A DNA stretch of 64,000 nt, from positions 96,001-160,000 of the forward strand of contig JBIPSI010000008.1 in the NCBI GenBank assembly GCA_044070495.1. Reading direction: 5' to 3'. The position numbers and the translations under genes were made by a program. The notes beneath the pieces are model-generated. The model saw only the letters and a list, made by a program, of their open reading frames with translations, was not told the DNA's origin and did no database searches. Positions 19,586-30,161 of this stretch are shown here, one piece after another (positions within the stretch are counted from its first letter, which is position 1; each line of letters begins with the position of its first letter). This stretch comes from Spirulina sp. (lineage in GTDB: Bacteria > Cyanobacteriota > Cyanobacteriia > Phormidesmidales > Phormidesmidaceae).

Positions 19586-19859
19586 AGGAAATCCGTAAAA
19601 AAGGGATAAACCGCGTTTGCTATGCTCCATCCAGCCTGCAAGCCATGCACCCATCAAGGTCACACTTCCAGCCCAGACTTAGACAAAGACTAGCTTAGCA
19701 GGCCCGCCAGAGGAGCCAATGTAACGGTTTTTGACACCCTCACTCCAGCCCAGTATCGACGATACCCGTTTTCTCCCTCCTTCCCAGACTCCGGCTGGGA
19801 ACACCCAATCGAGGCTGGAGCCTCGGAGAAGGAGCAGAGCGCTGGGAGAGGGGCCGTGG

Positions 19860-21320
19860 TTACGGCAGGTTATCAATGGCCTCGGCTTCCTCTGGCGTGG
19901 CAACGGAGGAAAACAGCGCACTCTTTGCTGCCCCTAGGGCCTCCGTTAGCACCAGCGGAAATTCAGCTTCCTGGGACGCGGCTTCGACCCGTTGCTTGAG
20001 CCTGTTCACCATGCGGCGGTTGCGGTCGGCCAGGTTGGTTTCTTCGCCAGGATCTTGGGCGAGGTTAAAGAGTTCGGTCTTGGAGGGGATGGTAATTTGC
20101 CAAACCAGTTTCCAGTCGCCCTGGTGGACGGCGGCGCGGAAGGGTTCAACATCATAGCCTAGGGCATCTCGATCCAAGGATTGCCCCTCGGCTAGGGCGG
20201 GCCAGATATTGAGGCCATCCAGGGGTTTGGTTTGATCGAGGGATGCCCCAGCCAGGTTGGCAAGGGTCGGATACCAATCGATAATGTGCATGGGCTGGTT
20301 TGCCACGGAACCCGGTTCGATCCGTCCCGGCCAGTTGGCGAGGGCCACAACGCGAGTGCCCCCTTCGTAGAGTGCCCCCTTGCCGCCACGAAACGGGCCA
20401 TTATCCGCAGGAATGGTGCCCCCAGAGGTGTCCACTTCCCCGGTAACCGCAGCAGACCGAGGGCCACCGTTGTCGCTCTGGAAGACGATCAGCGTATTGT
20501 CGCGCATTCCACGCCGTTCCAGCGCTTCGACAACCTGGCCAATCTGTTCGTCCATCACCGTGATCATGGCAGCATAGGCGCGACGGTTAGGATCCTCAAT
20601 ATTGGCGTATTGGGCGATAGCTTCCTCCGGTGCTTGGTAGGGAGCGTGGGGCGCGGTAAAGGCCAGGTACATAAAGAGCGGGGTATTGGTGTCGTGCTCG
20701 TCGATCAGCTTTACGGCATCCTGCCCTAGCAGAGTCGTAACGTAGCCCTCTTCCTCTACCAGTTCATTGTTGCGATACCAGTCAATAACGCCGTGGGCCG
20801 AGTGGGTGAAATAGTCAATCTCGCCCAGAATTGGGCCATAGTGGTAGTCAAACCCCCGCTGCAAGGGCCAATATTGGCGATCTGCGTGGCCTAGGTGCCA
20901 TTTACCCACCAGGGCGGTGTCATAGCCCGCTTCTTTCAGCGCCTGGGGCAAGATCCATTCATCGGTGGCTAGCCCGTAGGTCGCCGCCGATGGAATTGCA
21001 ATGGTCTGCAACCCGTAGCGGAAGGGATATCGCCCCGTCATCAGGGCCGCCCGCGACGGCGTACACCAGGGATGGGCATGGTAATGTTCGAGGCGGACTC
21101 CAGTTTGGGCCAGCCGATCTAGGTTAGGAGTCCGAATGTCAGAACCATGGAATCCGACATCTTTCCAACCTAGGTCGTCGGCCATGATGTAGACAATATT
21201 AGGGCGCGGCGATTCCTGGGCCACTGCCGCTGGGGGCAACCAGCCTCGGATTCCCACCAAAAAGGCCACCAAGAAGGCGACCAAGAGACTCAGTTTCTTC
21301 ATACTAGGCATTCCTTCCAT
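19860..21320 (-). CDS. Secreted arylsulfatase (Cys-type sulfatase)
   Basis: Signal peptide, PNIVYIMADDLG, CTPSRAALMTGRY (CxPxR), GKWHLG, SDNGG and LFNLAQDPGE. Confidence 0.93.
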   Translation of the reverse strand: MEGMPSMKKLSLLVAFLVAFLVGIRGWLPPAAVAQESPRPNIVYIMADDLGWKDVGFHGSDIRTPNLDRLAQTGVRLEHYHAHPWCTPSRAALMTGRYPFRYGLQTIAIPSAATYGLATDEWILPQALKEAGYDTALVGKWHLGHADRQYWPLQRGFDYHYGPILGEIDYFTHSAHGVIDWYRNNELVEEEGYVTTLLGQDAVKLIDEHDTNTPLFMYLAFTAPHAPYQAPEEAIAQYANIEDPNRRAYAAMITVMDEQIGQVVEALERRGMRDNTLIVFQSDNGGPRSAAVTGEVDTSGGTIPADNGPFRGGKGALYEGGTRVVALANWPGRIEPGSVANQPMHIIDWYPTLANLAGASLDQTKPLDGLNIWPALAEGQSLDRDALGYDVEPFRAAVHQGDWKLVWQITIPSKTELFNLAQDPGEETNLADRNRRMVNRLKQRVEAASQEAEFPLVLTEALGAAKSALFSSVATPEEAEAIDNLP

Positions 21321-21594
21321 TGATCATCCGTGGCTAGAGGCAAGGGATCTGGGGGTAGGTCTAAACCGCACAACGCAGCCGAGCAACATTAACCAAGATG
21401 AATCCGTGAATTCCTCGAATCCGTAAATTCTTTATGCCTTGACCCTAGGGCACCAGCGTAGAAGTTCGCTAAAATGATGGCTATCCCAAAATTGCAAGAT
21501 CACAAAAACGAAATATTAAGAATCATCAAAAACATCAAGCCCCCTCTGCTGAGGGGCGTCTTTTCTAGGAGATACACTATTACTTGGCCAAGAA

Positions 21595-22587
21595 ATGACG
21601 TCACTGAAGGACTTAGGCGATCAATTTCTAAACGATGCTGGCCCTAGCACTGCATCGCTTTATAGTTTTAGAGATATTGATGAGTTAGCGGTTTTTTTGC
21701 CCGAAGATGTCCGTCTGACGCCCCTGGAGTGTGAGCCTTTTCGATGTCAGTCTGCCTTCCTCAACCTTGGTGCGGTTCAATTTACCTTTAACCACGTCAA
21801 CCGAAATCTCTACGCCACGGGGGGTAAACAGACAGACTTTTTAAGTTTTTCGATGATCCTTCAGGGGAATGGACAGCACGGCATTGAAAATAATCGCCTG
21901 GTCAACGAAGACTATTTGTTTGGCTTTGATCCAAGTCGCAAGGCCGATCTGGTCTTTCCAGGCAATTGTCTCTACTGTGCAGTCTACATTCAACCGACTA
22001 TTTTTAAAGCCTATGTCCAGGCCATGGATCGCCTAGATCTGGATAGCAAATTCTTGGCCACCAACTATGCTTATATAGCAGGTTCGTTCGCCCCTTTACG
22101 ATCCTATCTCAAGCAGATTTATGCCTTACTGATTCAGCAATCCAATCGATTACAAAACCGAGACTTTCAGAAAATTATCGTACAAGACTTTATTCCTTTG
22201 TTGATTGCCGCATTGCCAGTCGGATCATCCTCCCAAAACGATACCAAATTCCTACGTCGTTCGCGCTTAGTCAAACAGGCGGATGACTACATGCAATCTC
22301 GCCTCGATCAGGCACTCACCCTTACGGATCTTTGTGAAGCCCTTGGCACGAGTAGCCGCGCCCTTTGCTACGGATTCCAGGAAATGTTTGGAACCAGTCC
22401 CATGTCCTACCTGAAAATTCTTCGGTTAAAAGCGGCCCATCAATTGCTCAAGACAGCTAGTCAAAATGCAATAACGGTCACGGAATCCGCAACTCAGTTT
22501 GGTTTTTGTCACTTGGGGTATTTTTCCCGCGACTACAAACAGATGTTTGGCGAACTGCCCTCAGCAACCTTGAGGCAGCGCTTGTAG
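21595..22587 (+). CDS. AraC-family transcriptional regulator (EutR-like)
   Basis: C-terminal double HTH LTDLCEALGTSSRALCYGFQ...SPMSYL...GFCHLGYFSRDYKQMFGELPS. Divergent from the sulfatase and AT-richer than the flanks. Confidence 0.92.
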   Translation: MTSLKDLGDQFLNDAGPSTASLYSFRDIDELAVFLPEDVRLTPLECEPFRCQSAFLNLGAVQFTFNHVNRNLYATGGKQTDFLSFSMILQGNGQHGIENNRLVNEDYLFGFDPSRKADLVFPGNCLYCAVYIQPTIFKAYVQAMDRLDLDSKFLATNYAYIAGSFAPLRSYLKQIYALLIQQSNRLQNRDFQKIIVQDFIPLLIAALPVGSSSQNDTKFLRRSRLVKQADDYMQSRLDQALTLTDLCEALGTSSRALCYGFQEMFGTSPMSYLKILRLKAAHQLLKTASQNAITVTESATQFGFCHLGYFSRDYKQMFGELPSATLRQRL

Positions 22588-22682
22588 AATTGGCATTTTT
22601 CAAGGCCATAACTCTCCACGATGGCATTGCCCCCTGCGAAGGCTGAGCAAACCCAGGAAGTTCTGCCCTGGGGCGAAGAGGG

Positions 22683-24677
22683 CTACCAGGTGAAGCGGAG
22701 ACCTTGGGAAACCAGGAAGGCTTGTAGGGCAGGCATTTGACCTGTTACCACAATTTGGGACGGGGTGAGGTCGGCGGGTTTGCCTTCGCGTAGGAGCCAG
22801 CCAGCGGTGGCCCCTGCCGCGCCGCCAATGCTCCATTCCCCGTAGTGAACGCGGGTAACGCCGTTGACGATATGGCTAACGGCAATGCTCTTGCCACCAA
22901 TTAAGACGTTATCCACGCCCTGGGGCACGATGGCCTCCAGGGGAATTTGCAGGGGCCGCACCACAAATTCCTTGATGCTGGCGGCGGCGGCTTCGTAGGT
23001 GGGTCGCCCATCGCGATAACGGCAGCCGTGGATGTCGATGTCGTAGTGGGCCAGCGCAACGGCGGTGAGGCTAAAGTCTCGGCCCCCGGTCATATCTTCG
23101 CGCAGGTCGGCTTCTACGGCCATGAAGCTGTCTTGGCCATAGGCAGGGCGGCCCAAAATGCGGCGACCTTCGCGGATGTAGGGCACCATACTAAGGCCAG
23201 ACTGGGTGCCCAGGGGCGCGTCTTTGCCCGTCAACAGGGTGAGGGGCAGTTTGTCAGTGGATTCCCGATCAATCAGCCATTCCGCAAACATGAGAGAGTG
23301 AATTTCGCCATAGTTGAGGGATTCTGCCGACAAACCGCCCATCCAGTTCTGTTTTTGTCCGTCTAGGCGAAGATCCTCTTCGGTCAACACCAGGGGCGGA
23401 TCCATAAAGTGCCAGTCGTTGCCCTTGTTCCAGTTCATCAGCGTCATTTCCCCCGGTCGGGTGACGTTGACATTGCCGCTGTCGGTGGCGTGGCTGACGA
23501 TGCGGCGATAGTTAAACACGCTGCTGCTGTTAAAGAAGGGAAAGCCTTCTAGATCAAACGATTGCCAGTGCTCTTCCCGCGTGAAGGCCGGTTCAATTTG
23601 TTGCAGTTCCTTCAGGCTAGCCTTGCGGTCATCCAACGTGGCCAGCACAAAGGGATAGGTGTAGGCCTGGGTGCAGTCGGGGTTTTCGCGGGGGGCGGCG
23701 TTCACCTCCCCGGTAAAGGATTGGGCATCGGATCCGACGCGGTGGGGCAGATTGGCCCAGCCCACCAGTTCTCCGGTGTCGGTGGCGTCGATCACCACCA
23801 TGCGACCACCGGGGGGCGGCTGGAGGCGGACGGGGATCTTGTTGTAACTGTCGCTATCCGACCAGCTATACCACTCCGATAGCTCGCGGGAGAGCCGCCC
23901 CGTGGGTACATAGTTAGGATCGAGGGGAATCCGCCGTACGCCGTAGATGGCCGTTACCACCCGACCCGACGCATCAAAGGCCGCGCCCTTAAAGGCCGTC
24001 GAGGTCGCCCAGCGACTTTCTGGCGCACTCTGAACCGCCTGCCGCATCCACATTTCCGCCGCCGTGGCCCCCGCCTTGGGGGAAAAGCACAGTTCCCCCA
24101 CCCAGCAGCTATTCACGGCACTCACGGGCTTGGGGCTGGGCATCCCCGTCCAGTCAGGCAAATGCACGGGCTGTCGCTGAATTAACGCCTTGAAGGACTC
24201 CCAACTGGGGGAGAAATTCCGCCGCCAGCGCATCGCCCGCGATTCATCAATGGCCGAAACCCCCTGGGAACTAATTTGCCCGCCCAGCCAGGGAGTGAGT
24301 TCAATCATGCAGGTGGTGGCCCCGGTTTTCATGGCGTGGGAGGCCGCCGCAATGCCGCCCAGGGTGCCGCCAATCACCACCACTTCGCAGGTCCACACTT
24401 CCTCGGCAATGGGCAGCGGGTTCAACACCGGACGCCCGTTCGCCGTTTGAATTTGGCGCACCCCCTGGGCCACCTCCGCCCGGTTTACCACCTGCCCCAC
24501 CGGGCGCTGGGCCATCACCACCGGCCCCCGCCAGTGACCACTCACCGAGCGAAAGGCCGCCAGCAACAAACTACTCCCCAACACCGCCACCATCACCAAA
24601 CCCGATAACCGGGTCATGCGGCGCTGGGCACGTCTGCGCTTGAGGGGAAGAGAACGATACCGACGGCGTTCCAGCAT
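22683..24677 (-). CDS. FAD-dependent oxidoreductase with an N-terminal membrane anchor/signal
   Basis: VVVIGGTLGGIAAA, WLGGQISSQGVSA, IDATDTGEL, PYIREGRR and QIPLEAIVP. Start uncertain. Confidence 0.85.
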   Translation of the reverse strand: MLERRRYRSLPLKRRRAQRRMTRLSGLVMVAVLGSSLLLAAFRSVSGHWRGPVVMAQRPVGQVVNRAEVAQGVRQIQTANGRPVLNPLPIAEEVWTCEVVVIGGTLGGIAAASHAMKTGATTCMIELTPWLGGQISSQGVSAIDESRAMRWRRNFSPSWESFKALIQRQPVHLPDWTGMPSPKPVSAVNSCWVGELCFSPKAGATAAEMWMRQAVQSAPESRWATSTAFKGAAFDASGRVVTAIYGVRRIPLDPNYVPTGRLSRELSEWYSWSDSDSYNKIPVRLQPPPGGRMVVIDATDTGELVGWANLPHRVGSDAQSFTGEVNAAPRENPDCTQAYTYPFVLATLDDRKASLKELQQIEPAFTREEHWQSFDLEGFPFFNSSSVFNYRRIVSHATDSGNVNVTRPGEMTLMNWNKGNDWHFMDPPLVLTEEDLRLDGQKQNWMGGLSAESLNYGEIHSLMFAEWLIDRESTDKLPLTLLTGKDAPLGTQSGLSMVPYIREGRRILGRPAYGQDSFMAVEADLREDMTGGRDFSLTAVALAHYDIDIHGCRYRDGRPTYEAAAASIKEFVVRPLQIPLEAIVPQGVDNVLIGGKSIAVSHIVNGVTRVHYGEWSIGGAAGATAGWLLREGKPADLTPSQIVVTGQMPALQAFLVSQGLRFTW

Positions 24678-25080
24678 GGGCCAAAGGGCAACAAAACTCA
24701 AAATCTTGACTGTGAGTGTAACAACGAAATTCAAAGACGACGCAGGAACTTTTCCCTAGGCCAATGCTTCCCCCAATGTTCGCCATGCCCAAGGCCAAGC
24801 GACCCAGGGCACCCCCCTAGGAAGTCCTGGAAAATCTGAGGCATGGCCCAGGAAATATGTTAAGTTGTGTGAACAGCCTAGGGGTTGTCATCTGTCAATA
24901 GCGGTGTGCTGGTTGAGTTTGCGAGCAGGTTCTCTGTGTCGCGAACAGGTTGGAGGAAAGTTCCCCAGCCCAGCCGCACCCCAGATCACCCTAGAGCCAC
25001 AGCAATGGGAGGACGGTGCAAGGGTTTCTTCCTGATGCTGAAGGATCGCGCTTGTACACGTCGTTGCTTGGAAGAAACGC

Positions 25081-26403
25081 ATGGGGCTAAAGCCAACCGT
25101 TGCCTTTAACCATTTGGGATGCGAGAAAAATCGCGTTGACACCGAACATATGCTGGGTCTGCTGGTGCAGGCAGGCTATGGCGTAGACGCCAACGAGGAA
25201 TTGGCCGACTACGTGGTAGTCAACACCTGTAGCTTCATCGAAGACGCCCGCCGGGAATCGGTGCGAACCCTGGTGGAACTCGCGGAAGCCAACAAAAAAA
25301 TTGTGATCACGGGCTGCCTCGCCCAGCATTTTCAGCACGAACTCCTCGACGAAATTCCAGAGGCCGTGGCCCTGGTAGGCACAGGAGATTACAACCGCAT
25401 CGTCGAAGTAATCGAACGGGCCGAAGCCGGGGAACGGGTCAAAATCGTCTCCCCAGAACCCACCTACATTGCCGACGAAACGGTACCCCGCTACCGTACG
25501 ACCGCCTCCAGCGTGGCCTACCTGCGGGTGGCCGAGGGCTGCGACTATCGCTGCGCCTTCTGCATCATTCCCCACCTGCGGGGCAACCAGCGATCCCGCT
25601 CCATCGAATCCATCGTGGCCGAGGCTAAACAACTCGCGGACGAGGGAGTGCAGGAACTGGTGCTGATCTCGCAAATCACCACCAACTACGGCCTAGACCT
25701 CTACGGAAAACCCGCTCTAGCCAAGCTCCTGCGGGCCTTGGGCGAAGTCGATGTGCCCTGGATTCGGATGCACTACGCCTACCCCACGGGCCTCACCCCG
25801 GAGGTGATTGCCGCCATTCGCGATACCCCCAACGTCTTGCCCTACCTGGATTTACCCCTTCAGCACTCCCACCCGGAGGTGCTGCGGGCCATGAATCGTC
25901 CCTGGCAAGGGCAGGTCAACGACGACGTGATCCAGCGCATCCAGGAAGCCCTACCCGAGGCGGTGCTGAGAACCACCTTCATCGTGGGCTTTCCGGGCGA
26001 AACGGAAGCCCACTTTGACCACCTGATGGCCTTTGTGGAACGCCACCGATTCGATCATGTCGGCGTCTTTACCTTCTCCCCAGAGGAGGGTACCCCCGCC
26101 TACAGCCTGCCCAACCCCGTGCCTGAAGCCGTGGCCGAACAGCGTCGCGAAGCCCTGATGTTGGCTCAACAGCCCATTGCCTGGGCCAAAAACCAGGATG
26201 ACATTGGCAAAACCGTGGACGTATTGATTGAGCAGGAAAATCCCGCCACGGGGGTCAGCATTGGCCGATCCGCCCGCTTCGCCCCAGAGGTAGACGGCCT
26301 GGTTTATGTAAAAGGCTCAGCCCCGTTGAACCAAATTGTTCCTGTCACCATCACCGCCGCCGACACCTACGACCTCTTTGGCCAAGTAGCCACAGATCCC
26401 TAG
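25081..26403 (+). CDS. rimO: Ribosomal protein S12 methylthiotransferase
   Basis: [17 protein letters not shown], radical-[24 protein letters not shown] and a TRAM domain with APEVDG. Confidence 0.97.
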   Translation: MGLKPTVAFNHLGCEKNRVDTEHMLGLLVQAGYGVDANEELADYVVVNTCSFIEDARRESVRTLVELAEANKKIVITGCLAQHFQHELLDEIPEAVALVGTGDYNRIVEVIERAEAGERVKIVSPEPTYIADETVPRYRTTASSVAYLRVAEGCDYRCAFCIIPHLRGNQRSRSIESIVAEAKQLADEGVQELVLISQITTNYGLDLYGKPALAKLLRALGEVDVPWIRMHYAYPTGLTPEVIAAIRDTPNVLPYLDLPLQHSHPEVLRAMNRPWQGQVNDDVIQRIQEALPEAVLRTTFIVGFPGETEAHFDHLMAFVERHRFDHVGVFTFSPEEGTPAYSLPNPVPEAVAEQRREALMLAQQPIAWAKNQDDIGKTVDVLIEQENPATGVSIGRSARFAPEVDGLVYVKGSAPLNQIVPVTITAADTYDLFGQVATDP

Positions 26404-26493
26404 GCCATGCCTTCCCTAGGCCGCTGATCCCCAGCCTCGTTCCCTTGCCCTACCCCTTCTCCCCGACTCTGTAATCTCCTTAGAGGATTCGTT

Positions 26494-27924
26494 ATGACCT
26501 TCTCCTTTGCCAGCCTAGGATTGTCGGCTGCCCGTGTCAGCCACCTAGAGTCTCTGGGTTACCACGAGCCTACCGCCATCCAGGCGGAGGCCATTCCCCA
26601 CCTGCTATCGGGGCGGGATCTGATTGGTCAGGCCCAGACGGGGACGGGCAAAACCGCTGCATTCTCCCTGCCGCTCATGGAGCAGGTGGATCCTAACAAC
26701 CCTGCGGTTCAAGCCCTAGTGCTCACCCCCACCCGTGAGTTAGCCCTTCAGGTCTGTCAGGCCATGCGCAGCTACCGCATCCAAGGACGACCCAAAATTC
26801 TGGCCCTCTACGGTGGCCAATCCATTGATCGCCAGCAGGAACAACTGCGGCGCGGTGCCCAGATTGTGGTGGGCACCCCTGGGCGCATCCTCGACCTGCT
26901 CAACCGGGGCACTCTCTCGCTCAAAAACCTGGGCTGGCTGGTGCTCGATGAAGCCGACGAAATGCTGAATATGGGCTTCATTCAAGATGTGGAAAAAATC
27001 CTTAGCAAGGCCCCGGCCCAGCGCCAAACCGCCTTTTTCTCCGCCACCATGGCCCCGGAAATTCGGGAACTGACCACCAAGTTTCTGCAAACCCCGGTCA
27101 CGGTCACCATCCAATCGGCCAAGGCTTCTCCCCGCCACATTCAGCAAATTTCCTACGTGGTGCCCCGAGGCTGGACGAAGGTACGCGCCCTCCAGCCCAT
27201 CCTCGAAATTCAGGATCCCGAGTCGGCCATTATCTTTGTGCGCACCCGCCGCACCGCTAGCGACCTGACCCGTCAGTTGCAGGCGGCTGGCTATAGCGTC
27301 GATGAGTACCATGGCGACCTCAGCCAGTCTCAGCGGGAACGGCTGCTGATGCGGTTCCGCCAGCAGCAGGTGCGCTGGGTGGTGGCCACCGATATCGCCG
27401 CCCGTGGCATCCATGTGGATGACCTCACCCACGTCATCAACTTTGACCTCCCCGACGCCGTGGAAAACTACGTGCACCGCATTGGCCGCACCGGGCGGGC
27501 CGGAAAGCCGGGGGTGGCCATTTCCCTGGTGTCGCCCCTAGAAAAGTACAAGTTGCGCCAGATTGAGCGGCAAACCAAGCAGCCCATGGTGTTTATGCAG
27601 ATTCCCACCCGGGCTGAGATTGCCGCCCGTAATCTGGAGCGTCTGCGCAGCCAAGTACGCGAGGCCATTACCAGCGAACGGCTGGCCTCCTTCCTGCCCA
27701 TCGTCTCTCAACTAAGCGAAGAGTACGACATCCACACCATCGCCGCCGCTGCCCTGCAAATGGCCTACGATCATACGGTACCGGCATGGCAACGCACCGA
27801 CCACCAGGTGCAAGCGGAGGATGGCCACAAGGAATCGGGATCGAATAAGCCCGTCCCTGCCCCCAAAAAGCGGGTACAGCGGAACCCTAAAAATCAGCAG
27901 CCCGTGGAGTCCTCCGGAAACTAA
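26494..27924 (+). CDS. crhR: DEAD-box RNA helicase (CrhR type)
   Basis: AQTGTGKT, PTRELA, DEADEM, SAT and HRIGRTGRAG. Directly downstream of rimO, the known cyanobacterial synteny. Confidence 0.9.
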   Translation: MTFSFASLGLSAARVSHLESLGYHEPTAIQAEAIPHLLSGRDLIGQAQTGTGKTAAFSLPLMEQVDPNNPAVQALVLTPTRELALQVCQAMRSYRIQGRPKILALYGGQSIDRQQEQLRRGAQIVVGTPGRILDLLNRGTLSLKNLGWLVLDEADEMLNMGFIQDVEKILSKAPAQRQTAFFSATMAPEIRELTTKFLQTPVTVTIQSAKASPRHIQQISYVVPRGWTKVRALQPILEIQDPESAIIFVRTRRTASDLTRQLQAAGYSVDEYHGDLSQSQRERLLMRFRQQQVRWVVATDIAARGIHVDDLTHVINFDLPDAVENYVHRIGRTGRAGKPGVAISLVSPLEKYKLRQIERQTKQPMVFMQIPTRAEIAARNLERLRSQVREAITSERLASFLPIVSQLSEEYDIHTIAAAALQMAYDHTVPAWQRTDHQVQAEDGHKESGSNKPVPAPKKRVQRNPKNQQPVESSGN

Positions 27925-28065
27925 GGGCTACCTGCTTACCCTAGGGATTAGGTCGGTGTTGTTGCATTAGATTACGTATGAAAGAGCACAGCCTAAACCT
28001 TGGGGCATCCTAGAATTAGGGCAGCACGGGATCACTCCGCTGCCTATCTTGGGAGGTGTTGAGCC

Positions 28066-28266
28066 ATGTTAGTCATGATGACTGAGAACCAGATCATCTC
28101 ACCCCATACGGTGTGTCAAAACTGCGTGTTGGCGGATCACAATGGTCAACCTCGCTGGCGGCACGGCAGTCTGGGCTGCGGACGCCTATTGACGGGTGGC
28201 CTAGATCACGGTCAGCCTGCCCAGTTTGAATGTCAGATGGGCTTCCGGGTTGCCAGTATCGATTGA
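28066..28266 (+). CDS. Small Cys-rich cyanobacterial hypothetical protein
   Basis: 66 aa with VCQNC, PRW, LGCG and FECQMGFRVA. GGAGG Shine-Dalgarno upstream. Confidence 0.75.
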   Translation: MLVMMTENQIISPHTVCQNCVLADHNGQPRWRHGSLGCGRLLTGGLDHGQPAQFECQMGFRVASID

Positions 28267-28302
28267 TTTCTAGCGACCGGATTCCAGCGATTGATTTCCA
28301 GC
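28261..28302 (+). repeat. 3 x 14-bp imperfect tandem repeat
   Basis: gattgatttctagc gaccggattccagc gattgatttccagc. Confidence 0.6.
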
Positions 28303-28709
28303 GATGAATCGCTCCAATTGTCTTGATCGTTGTCCCATCGGTTTTAGCTGGACTGGGCTAGCATCCCGATAGCGGTAAGTCCTGTGGGTGAGCCGTTTTC
28401 TGTGTGCTGTCCTAGGGTCATAAAACTAGGGTTATAAAAGGGAGGGGCTCTGGGGCGCGTTCTTCCCCTCGGCTATGGGCAGGGCTGGGCGAAGAATCCT
28501 GAGAGAGTCTTGGCCTGGCGGTGGGGCATGGATTTTTGTAACGCTGTGTGAACATTAAGCTGCATGAACGACTGGGCCAGAATTGGCTAGGCCATGACCG
28601 AATGTGTTACCAGTAGGAATACTGGCGGAATGCCTGTGCTGCTTGACTGAAGCACTTTTCGGCCAATTGTTAAAACGTGAATTTAAACCGCTTTAAAACC
28701 TTTGAGTTC

Positions 28710-30149
28710 ATGCCAGTTGTTCCTTACTGCTTGCCTAGCCGCCAGGATCTGCAATCTGTTCAGCCCTTTGTTAACGAATGTTTAGGTCGGGTGGGACAGG
28801 GGTATGGGCCACAGGTTGCCAGCCTCAGCTTTGCCATTCCGGCCATGGATCCCCTGCTGGCCTTGGCTCCCTTGGCCCACCGGCAGGGCTATCACCTCTA
28901 CTTAGAACAGGCTTCGGCTCAAGAGGCGGTGGTGGCCTTTGGGCAGGCGGTGGCCGGACAGTTTTTTGGTGAAGACCGCTTTGCGGCAACCCATCGTTTT
29001 ATCGAATCCTGGCAGCAAAACCTCCACAGCTACCAGGACGAAGACTTGGCGGGGGTACCCCTGGCCCCACGCTTCTTCTGTAGTTTTAGCTTTTTCTCCC
29101 AACCTTCCCAAGGCCAGATCGAGTTTCCGGCGGCGATGGTGGTGCTACCCCAGTGGCAGATTCTTCGGCGGGGCAGCCTCCATGTGCTGACAGTGAATTT
29201 GCTCCTCACCCCCGAAACCACCCTGGGTAGCGTGCTCAAAACCCTAGAGGATCGCCTTGCCACCGTCCAAGGGTTACCCCAAACCTATCCCAACCCCTAC
29301 GCACCGCCCCGTTCCCTGGCCCTCAGCGACGGCATGGCATGGCCCGACGCCTTGGCCAGTCATCACTTTCAGGACTCTGTGACCCAAGCCCTACGGCACC
29401 TTGACCACCACATCCAAAAAATTGTGCTGGCCCACGCCTTTGACATGGTGCGGGAGACACCCTTTCAGGTGTTGCCCTCTCTAGCCAAGCTGCGCCAGCG
29501 CTACCCCGATTGCTACGTGTTTGCGGTGGGCAATGGACGGGGGAGTACCTTTATGGGGGCCAGCCCAGAACGGCTGCTGAGCATCGCCCACCACCAGTTG
29601 ATGACCGATGCCCTAGCCGGATCGGCTCCCCGTGGTCGCAGCGCCCAGGAGGATCGCCAATTGGCCCTGCAATTGCTGCATAGCCCTAAGGAACAGGGAG
29701 AGCATCAACTGGTGGTCAAGTTTCTAAATCAGCGGCTGCGGGGGCTAGGGCTGCAACCCCAATACCCCACCCGCCCCACTCTGCTGCGACTGTCTAATAT
29801 TCAGCATCTGCATACCCCCATTCAGGCACGGGTGGCCAGCTACATCCACCCCCTGCATTTGGTGGAAGCCCTGCACCCGACCCCCGCCGTGGCTGGGGTG
29901 CCCACCGCCACCGCCTGCGAGCATATCCATCGCTACGAAGGGTTTGACCGGGGGCTGTATGCGGCCCCCCTGGGCTGGGTGGGCACGAACGGGGACAGTG
30001 AATTTATTGTGGGGATTCGCTCGGCCCTGATTAGCGGCAACTGGGCCAGATTGTACGCCGGGGCTGGTATTGTGGCAGGATCTGACCCGGCGCGGGAGTG
30101 GGCGGAAATTAACCTCAAATCCCGTGCCCTGGGCGAATCTCTGGTGTAG
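28710..30149 (+). CDS. menF: Isochorismate synthase
   Basis: KIVLA, FMGASPERL, DALAGSAPRG, LHPTPAVAG, RGLYAAPLGW and YAGAGIVAGS. Adjacent to menD. Confidence 0.93.
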   Translation: MPVVPYCLPSRQDLQSVQPFVNECLGRVGQGYGPQVASLSFAIPAMDPLLALAPLAHRQGYHLYLEQASAQEAVVAFGQAVAGQFFGEDRFAATHRFIESWQQNLHSYQDEDLAGVPLAPRFFCSFSFFSQPSQGQIEFPAAMVVLPQWQILRRGSLHVLTVNLLLTPETTLGSVLKTLEDRLATVQGLPQTYPNPYAPPRSLALSDGMAWPDALASHHFQDSVTQALRHLDHHIQKIVLAHAFDMVRETPFQVLPSLAKLRQRYPDCYVFAVGNGRGSTFMGASPERLLSIAHHQLMTDALAGSAPRGRSAQEDRQLALQLLHSPKEQGEHQLVVKFLNQRLRGLGLQPQYPTRPTLLRLSNIQHLHTPIQARVASYIHPLHLVEALHPTPAVAGVPTATACEHIHRYEGFDRGLYAAPLGWVGTNGDSEFIVGIRSALISGNWARLYAGAGIVAGSDPAREWAEINLKSRALGESLV

Positions 30150-30161
30150 TGCGCGGTTTCC

